DNA of 64,000 bases, from contig CAKVNK010000002.1 of NCBI GenBank assembly GCA_934777435.1, forward strand, positions 27,005-91,004, in the 5' to 3' direction. Both the position numbers and the translations under genes were made by a program. Of this stretch, positions 57,210 through 64,000 are shown in pieces (position 1 is the first letter of the stretch; each line of letters starts with the position of its first letter). The stretch comes from an uncultured Clostridia bacterium (GTDB lineage: Bacteria > Bacillota > Clostridia > Christensenellales > UBA1242). Below the pieces are notes generated by a model. That model had not been told where the DNA came from and searched no databases. It saw nothing but the letters and a program-made list of their open reading frames with translations.

Positions 57210-58477
57210 TACATTTTTATCCTTTCAACATGGTCCCAAGTTACTTGGTATTTTTTGTTGGCAGTTTTAAAGAAGATAACAACATATTCAAATGTGATTG
57301 CTGGACCTAAAAATACAACTGCAAGTTTTTCTTTAATTGTCATTTTATTTGTTTCTTTATCTGCACAAACAGTGATAAGGTTAAATATTGCAATAACTGC
57401 ATATATCAGTAAAATCATAAGGGCAGAATATAAAATGGCCTTTACTGCAAGTATAGACCTTAAACAGCACAATACAATAAAACTTACAAGATATATGATA
57501 GAAACCAAACATGTTAAAATGATAAACAGATATACTGGGGCAAGTTCGTACAGGTATCTAAAATAATCTGTTCTAACTTTGCCTTGTTTGTAAGTTTTAT
57601 TCAAAAGTTGTTTACGATATTTTTGATTATTTGCAAAATATCCTTTAAGCCAACGATAACGGCGTTTGTTGTATTCTTTGTGACTGGTTGGTTCTTCTGA
57701 ATAAGTTAAAGCGTATTCATAATACAACTCTTTAAAATCATAAAGCATTGCATGTATGCCAACTTCAACGTCTTCGCAAAGTGATTTAAATGGAAAACCT
57801 TGGTATTTTTCCAAAAATCTTTGGCTTAACATCATACCTTGACCACACATAGCAAGTGCTTCGCCATGGTCTGATTTATATTTATTACCTAATGTGTCAA
57901 CGCTTGTGTAGGTTAAAGCACTTAAATTGGCATACAATGTGCGGTGTGCTTTGTTGCCTGTTTCCCAGTTCTTGATAAGTTTTTTACCAACAACAACGTC
58001 AGCATTTGTTGCAAGGGCGTTGTTCATTTCTTCAACAAAATGTTCTTCCAAATAACTATCCGCATCTAAAATAATATATGACGCATATACATTGCCTTTG
58101 GTCTTGATGATGTGTTTAAACAAACAATCAAGGGCGTCTGCTTTGCATTTTTGGTTTGGTTCAATAACATAGTCATATTCACCAAGTTTTTCTTTGGCTA
58201 TTTGAAGGGTTGGGTCATCAGCACGGTCGACAGCAATAAACACGTCATAGTTAGACTTATCATAAGTTTGCTTATTGATACTATCCAACAACATACCAAT
58301 GCACTCACTTTCATTTTTTGCAGGAATAACCAAAGCAATTTTATTTTTGGTTGGATTGGTTAAATGTTTTTGTTTTTTAAACCCATAACACCAACATATT
58401 ATTTTAGGAATATACAAAAGCAATATCACAAATGATAAAGCAAGATAAGTGAACATAATAATTTGTAAGAAATCCAT
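57209..58477 (-). CDS. Membrane-embedded family-2 glycosyltransferase (processive IcaA/PgaC/CesA-like architecture)
   Basis: N-terminal TM, a GT-A domain (ALVIPAKNE, ILDADSY), the R(R)YRW motif RRYRWLKG and 3-4 C-terminal TM helices. SD AAAGGA. Confidence 0.8.
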   Translation of the reverse strand: MDFLQIIMFTYLALSFVILLLYIPKIICWCYGFKKQKHLTNPTKNKIALVIPAKNESECIGMLLDSINKQTYDKSNYDVFIAVDRADDPTLQIAKEKLGEYDYVIEPNQKCKADALDCLFKHIIKTKGNVYASYIILDADSYLEEHFVEEMNNALATNADVVVGKKLIKNWETGNKAHRTLYANLSALTYTSVDTLGNKYKSDHGEALAMCGQGMMLSQRFLEKYQGFPFKSLCEDVEVGIHAMLYDFKELYYEYALTYSEEPTSHKEYNKRRYRWLKGYFANNQKYRKQLLNKTYKQGKVRTDYFRYLYELAPVYLFIILTCLVSIIYLVSFIVLCCLRSILAVKAILYSALMILLIYAVIAIFNLITVCADKETNKMTIKEKLAVVFLGPAITFEYVVIFFKTANKKYQVTWDHVERIKM

Positions 58478-58870
58478 AATTCATCCTTTTATTAGTTTGC
58501 ACGTAAATTTTAAAGATAAACCGCAAACCGACTTTTAAAAATTTGGTGTTAAAAATGGGATAATTCAATTTGTAAACTTAAAAATTTGATTTCTACTGTA
58601 AAGTTTTATCTTTTACGCAAATAAGAATAAAAATTTACAGATTTACACTTATTAAATAAGTGCATAATTTTGTTTGACAAATTAAAAAACACATATTCAA
58701 CACATGTCTAAGATAAAATCATTATAACTGATAAGATAAAAAAATCAAAGCATTTTTCGACATTTTATTCTAAAGTTAGCACTCGGCAAAACATATAAAA
58801 TTCTAAAGGTCTAATAACAATAGAATTTGGTTTGTTTGCTTTTTAAATTGTGATATGTTAAGATAAAAAT

Positions 58871-59989
58871 ATGAGTAAAAAACATTTGATTAGAAAAACT
58901 TTTATTTATATTTTAAGTGTTTTGTTGGTTATCTGTGTTGGCTTTGGTAGTTATGGATTTGCTAGATATATACGCTTTAAAAAAGCAGATGACACAACAC
59001 TATGCACACAAGCAGATAATATTGTTATGATGATTGGCGATGGTATGGGGTTTAACCATTTGGAAGTGACTAAAGCATATCTTGAAAAAGATGAATTAGA
59101 AATGGAAAAATTACCAATAAAGTCAGCATCAAGGACTGATTCTTTAACGCCATTTGTGCCTACAGATAGTGCGGCAGGGGCAACTGCACTTTCAACTGGC
59201 AACAAGGTTTTTAACAGCAATGTTGGACGTTTAAATGGTAAGGATTTAGAAAATATTTGTGAAATAGCCAAAACACAAGGCAAGGGGGTTGGTATTGTTT
59301 GCACAGATTCTTTAAGTGGTGCAACTCCTGCAAGTTTTTCGGCACATACTGATGCTCGTGGTGATGAACAAAAAATTATAGCAGACCAAATTTCAAGTCA
59401 GGTCGATATTTTCTTGGGCAGTGGTTATTCAACATATGTAGATTATAAAACACAAATTGAACAAGCCGGATTTTTGTTTACCAATCAATTTGAAAATCTC
59501 AGTTTGACCGAAGATAGAATATTTGCAAGTTTTTCATCAATAGCAAATGATAATTATACAAGTGAAACTCCAAGTTTACAAAGTTTGGCAGAGTTTGCTA
59601 TGGAGTTCCTTTCAGCAAAATATCCACAAGGATATTTCTTAATGGTTGAGGGGAGCCATATTGATAAGTGTAGCCACAAAAACGATATTTTTGGTATGGT
59701 GGATTATTTGCGAGAGTTTGATAAAACCATTGCCGCAGTTAAATCAAAATTAATTGAAAACAACAAAGATAATTTGTTGATAGTTACGGCTGACCACGAA
59801 ACTGGTAATTTGCAATATAACGGAGAAACTAAAACCCAAATTGGCAATCATTTGTATAAATCTACTGGGCATACTGCCAAAGATGTGCCAATATTTATTT
59901 GGGCGAACCAAAGTTTTAAAATGCCAAAAAGGGTGGAGAATACGGCATTGTTCTATTTGATGAAAAATTCACTTTTAAAAACTGCATAA
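58871..59989 (+). CDS. Alkaline phosphatase (PhoA family, compact form)
   Basis: N-terminal TM/signal. MMIGDGMG, active-site TDSAAGATALSTGNK, EGSHIDK and TADHETG motifs. Confidence 0.88.
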   Translation: MSKKHLIRKTFIYILSVLLVICVGFGSYGFARYIRFKKADDTTLCTQADNIVMMIGDGMGFNHLEVTKAYLEKDELEMEKLPIKSASRTDSLTPFVPTDSAAGATALSTGNKVFNSNVGRLNGKDLENICEIAKTQGKGVGIVCTDSLSGATPASFSAHTDARGDEQKIIADQISSQVDIFLGSGYSTYVDYKTQIEQAGFLFTNQFENLSLTEDRIFASFSSIANDNYTSETPSLQSLAEFAMEFLSAKYPQGYFLMVEGSHIDKCSHKNDIFGMVDYLREFDKTIAAVKSKLIENNKDNLLIVTADHETGNLQYNGETKTQIGNHLYKSTGHTAKDVPIFIWANQSFKMPKRVENTALFYLMKNSLLKTA

Positions 59990-60183
59990 TTTAAAAAAAC
60001 AAAATTGATTTGTTATTTGTCTTGTTGAAAAATTAAAAAGATTTAAATATTTTAATTTTTTAATTAAAGTAAATTTAAAAATAATTTAAAATACAACAAA
60101 ATACACAAAAACAACTTATATTTTGTTTTTTTATTTATTTTTTTAGCCCGCTTTTATTTTGCTTTAAGTGTTATGCTGGTTGT

Positions 60184-62475
60184 ATGGAAAAAGTTGAAGT
60201 TAAAAAATCTGGTTTTTTATGTGTGGTTAAATACTGTGCACTGTTTTTTGTTTGTTTGGTTTTAAGCAATGCAAAAGTTAATGGTATAAGCCCATTTTTA
60301 TTTGCTTTTTTGTTTGCGTGTGTTTATGTTGGGTTGGAAGAAAAGATTATGGCGGTTTTGGTGCTTGGTTCGGCTGTGATTGTAGATTTTAGCCTGCAAG
60401 CATTTTTAATTGCAATAACTTCGGTTGCTGTTTGCTTAATCAATTATTACATACACCGCTTGGCAAAACGTAAAATAAAACTTATAACCAACTTTTGTGT
60501 TTACTTGGTGTCGCTTGCTACATATGTTTATTACAATTACACAAACGTGTGGCTTTTATGTGGATATTTAATTCTTGGTTTAATTTCACTTTGGGTGTTC
60601 ACGGTTGTTTGTCAGGTTATGGTGTTAAGGAAAAACTGCTTTAAACTCACTTTGGACGAGAGTGTATGTTTCTTGTTCACTGTGGCACTTTTAGGGCTGG
60701 GACTTGCACCTGTTAATCTTTATGGATTTGCAGTTTACAAATTGGTGCTTATGCTCACCATTTATTTATCAGTGGGTGTTGGCAGCCCTGTGCTGACATA
60801 TGCTTTAACTTTGGCTTTTGGAGTTGGTGTGTCGGTTGGCTTAAATAATCTTATGCCAGTGGCAGAGTTTGCTTGTTTAAGTTTGCTTTGCAGTATGTTT
60901 TTAAGCCCTAACAAGTTTAAGATTGTTTTATCTTCACTGCTAGGTGCAATTTTTATTGAACTATATTTTGTGGGTGCAAATTATGATTTACTCTATAATT
61001 TGTTACCTATTGCAAGTGCGATGGTTGTGTTTATGTGTATACCACAAAAAGGGCTTAACAGTTTGGCTGATTTGGTTTATGTTAAAAAAAGCGAACTTAC
61101 AAGCCGTAATCTTATCAACACCACAAGGCGAAATATTCACAAACGTATGAGTGAATTAAGCAACATTTTTTTAGAGATGAAGCAGATTCACCTAAACATG
61201 ATAAAAAAAGATTTAACGCATGCAGAATTGGTTGCAATGTTATCACGTGAAATCATTTCAAGTTGTTGCCGTGATTGTTTAGATAAAACCCGTTGCACAA
61301 GGTCGTTAGGCAGTGAAAATCCAAGCAATCTGGAAAGTTTAATTGAAGTGGCGCTCAGCAAAGGTAAAGTTAGTTTGTTGGATATTCCAGCAGGACTTAC
61401 AAATAGGTGTGGAAAAATCAACAATTTAATTTCGCTTGTCAACCGATTGGCTGATGAGTATAAGCAATATAAAGGTATGGTTGCAGATGTTAATAATGTG
61501 AAATATTTGCTGGCTGACCAAATGGGGGCGGTGTCTAGATTGCTGCTTGACATTGGTGATGAAATAGACACAAACGTAACTTTTGATATTGAACGTGAAA
61601 ACAAAATCATATCTCGCTTGCTTAATCACAATGTTGAGTGTAAAGAAGTGCTATTGTATACTGAAAAAAACCAAGAGATGAACGCTATGCTGATTGTTAA
61701 AACCGGTGAAAAAGATTTGTCAATTATTGAAAAGGTGTTAACCGAAGTGCTTAAAACACCTATGCAAATTTCTGCAATCAAACCTATGGAAGAATCTGGC
61801 TTTAACGCTATCAGTTTACGCAAACAATCTAAATATGACTGTGCGTTTGGTTTGGCAAGTTGTTGCAAGGCCGGCAATGAAGAAAGTGGAGATTGTCATA
61901 GTATTATTCGTTTGGGTAAGGATAAATTTTTACTTGCTTTATGTGACGGTATGGGGGCTGGCAAGTCTGCACATCAAATGAGTGCAATGACATTAAGCCT
62001 TATTGAAAATTTTTATAAAGTAGGCTTTGAAAATGATGTGATTTTGGAAAGTGTTAACAAACTGCTTGCAATAAATAATCAAGAAAACTATTCAACACTT
62101 GATGTCTGCTTATTAGATTTAGATAAGCAAATGGCAGATTTTGTTAAAGTTGGTGCCCCTTATGGCTTGGTTAAGCATGCGTCTAGCATAGAGTTGATTG
62201 AAGGAGGTGCTTTGCCTATCGGTGCGTTGGATAGCATAAACCCTTCAATTTATCAAACTGTCATTTCCACCAAAGATATTGTTATTATGGCAACTGACGG
62301 TATAACTGACGCATTTGAAACAACCGAAAACCTTGAAGATTTTGTTTTACATTTGGTAAGCACAAATCCGCAAGTGTTGGCAGAAACAATTTTAAATCAA
62401 GCAGTGTATCTAAACAACAATTCCGCTAAAGACGATATGACCGTGCTTGTTGCTAGAACATACTTGAAAAATTAA
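60184..62475 (+). CDS. spoIIE: Stage II sporulation protein E (PP2C phosphatase)
   Basis: ~10 N-terminal TM helices, a central regulatory region and a C-terminal PP2C domain (GDCHSI, LCDGMGAG, MATDGITD, DDMTVLVAR). Followed by tilS, as in Bacillus. Confidence 0.92.
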   Translation: MEKVEVKKSGFLCVVKYCALFFVCLVLSNAKVNGISPFLFAFLFACVYVGLEEKIMAVLVLGSAVIVDFSLQAFLIAITSVAVCLINYYIHRLAKRKIKLITNFCVYLVSLATYVYYNYTNVWLLCGYLILGLISLWVFTVVCQVMVLRKNCFKLTLDESVCFLFTVALLGLGLAPVNLYGFAVYKLVLMLTIYLSVGVGSPVLTYALTLAFGVGVSVGLNNLMPVAEFACLSLLCSMFLSPNKFKIVLSSLLGAIFIELYFVGANYDLLYNLLPIASAMVVFMCIPQKGLNSLADLVYVKKSELTSRNLINTTRRNIHKRMSELSNIFLEMKQIHLNMIKKDLTHAELVAMLSREIISSCCRDCLDKTRCTRSLGSENPSNLESLIEVALSKGKVSLLDIPAGLTNRCGKINNLISLVNRLADEYKQYKGMVADVNNVKYLLADQMGAVSRLLLDIGDEIDTNVTFDIERENKIISRLLNHNVECKEVLLYTEKNQEMNAMLIVKTGEKDLSIIEKVLTEVLKTPMQISAIKPMEESGFNAISLRKQSKYDCAFGLASCCKAGNEESGDCHSIIRLGKDKFLLALCDGMGAGKSAHQMSAMTLSLIENFYKVGFENDVILESVNKLLAINNQENYSTLDVCLLDLDKQMADFVKVGAPYGLVKHASSIELIEGGALPIGALDSINPSIYQTVISTKDIVIMATDGITDAFETTENLEDFVLHLVSTNPQVLAETILNQAVYLNNNSAKDDMTVLVARTYLKN

Positions 62476-62542
62476 AATAAGTTCAAAATATGATATTTAA
62501 AAAAGTTTAAAGAAAGTGCAAAAGCACGGACATGGAATTATC

Positions 62543-62578
62543 ACCGTGCTTGTTGCTAGGACATACTTGAAGAACTAG
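62543..62578 (+). repeat. Displaced second copy of the last 11 codons plus stop of spoIIE
   Basis: ACCGTGCTTGTTGCTAGgACATACTTGAAgAAcTAg compared with 62440-62475. The four differences are all at third-codon positions and silent (R, K, N, stop). No start codon precedes it in frame. Confidence 0.85.
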
Positions 62579-62669
62579 GTTAAACTTAATAAAAAAATTT
62601 AATAAAAAATTTCAACCTAAACAATAATTTAATTATCAATTAAAAATCCATAAAATTTTTTAAATAGTA

Positions 62670-62698
62670 TTGCAAAACGGCCAAATTTGGTGTATAAT
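62670..62698 (+). promoter_or_regulatory. Sigma-A promoter (extended -10) of tilS
   Basis: TTGCAA (62670-62675), 17-nt spacer ending in TG, then TATAAT (62693-62698). Confidence 0.65.
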
Positions 62699-62750
62699 CA
62701 AACCGAATTTAAAAAATTTTTAAATTTTTTGCAAAAAAGGAAATATTTTT

Positions 62751-64000
62751 ATGGAAAATGTGCTTGAATTTATCAAAAAAAATAATATGATTAAACCTGG
62801 TGAAATTATCGGTGTGGCTTGCTCTGGCGGACGTGATAGCATTTGCTTATTGCATTATTTAAACTCTATCAAATCTGATTTGGACTGCGAAGTGGTTGCT
62901 GTTAACATTGACCACGGCATTAGACCAAGCAGTGCATTTGACACTGAATTTGTTATGAAGTTTTGTAAAGAACATAACATCAGGGCTTACAAGTTTAAAG
63001 TGGAAGCATTAAAAGTTGCCAAAGACGAAAAGATGACAGTTGAACAAGCAGCACGCAAAGTTAGATATGGTGTGTTTGAAACTGTTATGCAACGTGGTTT
63101 GGTTGATAAAATTGCTTTGGCTCATCACTTAAATGACCAAGCCGAAACAGTTTTGCTTAACATTGTGCGTGGTGCTGGACTTTCTGGTGCACGTGGTATG
63201 GACCCTGTGCGTGATGGCGTTTATATTCGTCCGTTGCTTGAAACTCCACGTGAAGAAATTATGTCTTACATTGATGAAAACGGCCTTGAATTTGTTGAAG
63301 ACGAAACAAATGCAGACATTGAATTCAGCCGTAACTATATCCGCAACATTGTTATGCCAGCACTTAGAAAACGCTTTAAAGGTGTTGATAGAAACATTAT
63401 CAATTTCAGCAAAATTTGTGCTCAAGACGATAACTATATTAACAGCCAAATTGACTATGGCACAATCATTGAAAATGCAGACGTAACCAAAATACCATTT
63501 GCATATTTCTATCAAGATAAAGCCATTGTTAACCGTATTTTGAAAAAGGTGTTGTCAAGATTCTCTCAACAAGATATTGAAAGCCGTCACATTAATATGG
63601 TGCGTGAATTTGCTTTGGAAGCAAACAATGGTGCAATCATCAACTTACCTTTTAAAATTAAAGTAAGCAAAGAATATGATTATATTGTTATCGGTAATAT
63701 CAAAAAACGTGATATTGTTGTTGGTGAATATCCATTTAGAAGTGGCAAACTTAAAATACAAGGTTATGGCACAATTCGTACAACTTCAAGCAAAGTTAAA
63801 AATGAACAAAAATTACACCAACATGTTATTGATGCAGACAAATTGCCAGCAAATGCTGTTTGGCGTTTCAGACAAGAAGGAGACACTTTCTCACCACTTG
63901 GTTTAGACGGAACAAAGAAGTTGAAGGAATACTTTATTGATAAAAAGATACCACAACGTATGCGTGATGAAATACCTGTTTTGGCAGTTGGTAACACTGT
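62751..64000 (+). CDS. tilS: tRNA(Ile)-lysidine synthase (3' end outside window)
   Basis: Open frame from ATG 62751 to the window edge, which is why it is absent from the ORF track. PP-loop GVACSGGRDS, AHHLNDQAET, and a C-terminal GTKKLKEYFIDKKIP motif. Confidence 0.9.
   Translation, partial: MENVLEFIKKNNMIKPGEIIGVACSGGRDSICLLHYLNSIKSDLDCEVVAVNIDHGIRPSSAFDTEFVMKFCKEHNIRAYKFKVEALKVAKDEKMTVEQAARKVRYGVFETVMQRGLVDKIALAHHLNDQAETVLLNIVRGAGLSGARGMDPVRDGVYIRPLLETPREEIMSYIDENGLEFVEDETNADIEFSRNYIRNIVMPALRKRFKGVDRNIINFSKICAQDDNYINSQIDYGTIIENADVTKIPFAYFYQDKAIVNRILKKVLSRFSQQDIESRHINMVREFALEANNGAIINLPFKIKVSKEYDYIVIGNIKKRDIVVGEYPFRSGKLKIQGYGTIRTTSSKVKNEQKLHQHVIDADKLPANAVWRFRQEGDTFSPLGLDGTKKLKEYFIDKKIPQRMRDEIPVLAVGNT

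Noticed and set aside
58634-58662. TTTACA direct repeats upstream of the alkaline phosphatase gene as a PhoP (Pho box) site
   Set aside because: The repeat period is 8 nt, not the ~11-nt spacing of Bacillus-type Pho boxes. The site is also >200 nt from the start codon. The support is insufficient.
60000-60183. Spo0A boxes upstream of spoIIE
   Set aside because: I found no exact TGTCGAA/TTCGACA heptamer by eye. Only a weak TTGTCTT-like match is present, so I make no call.
9762-63515. Many 60-140-aa ORFs inside or antisense to long genes (for example 9762-10175, 12057-12404, 20618-21043, 31526-31927, 36571-36963, 50611-51012, 61188-61610, 63129-63515)
   Set aside because: Each is fully embedded in a well-supported CDS. 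They have odd composition (Cys/Phe/His/Asn-rich), no SD and no recognisable motif, as expected for chance ORFs in AT-rich DNA.
1-64000. TGA reassigned to a sense codon (code 4 or 25)
   Set aside because: All conserved genes, including ORFs of 8.4, 5.1 and 4.5 kb, are full length without in-frame TGA, and Trp is encoded by TGG. The data support avoidance of TGA, not reassignment.

Overview
AT-rich chromosomal segment from an endospore-forming, low-GC Firmicute. It is probably an anaerobic, Clostridia-like organism, because it carries an [FeFe]-hydrogenase, T-box leaders and many sporulation and germination genes. I support 41 CDS (40 complete), one tRNA-Ser(GGA), two T-box riboswitches (pheST and glyQS), several sigma-A-like promoters and about a dozen intrinsic terminators. 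Housekeeping genes: hisS, pheS, pheT, glyQS, leuS, rplI, tilS and veg. Sporulation and germination genes: spoIIR, sleB, ypeB, a gerA-type ABC operon, spoIIE, a DUF1540 protein, a CotJC-like ferritin-fold protein and a PRC-barrel protein. About 18 kb is taken up by three very large membrane or surface proteins that I cannot assign to a known system. These are a ~2,790-aa protein with Ig-like repeats anchored at both ends, a 1,505-aa FN3-repeat lipoprotein with a C-terminal transglutaminase-like core lying 37 nt upstream of gerABC, and a 1,712-aa membrane coiled-coil protein. Other points worth follow-up: TGA is never used as a stop (30 TAA, 10 TAG, 0 TGA); a protein has a degenerate diadenylate-cyclase-like domain; three loci show short boundary duplications (tRNA-Ser 5' part plus upstream hairpin, the spoIIE 3' end with only synonymous differences, and twin terminators around an orphan gene); a ~55-65-nt hairpin module is shared by the pheST T-box leader and an orphan intergenic element; and a GLUG-repeat gene has atypical codon usage. 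I saw no transposase, integrase, CRISPR array or rRNA. All family assignments come from motif recognition by eye and need HMM or BLAST confirmation.
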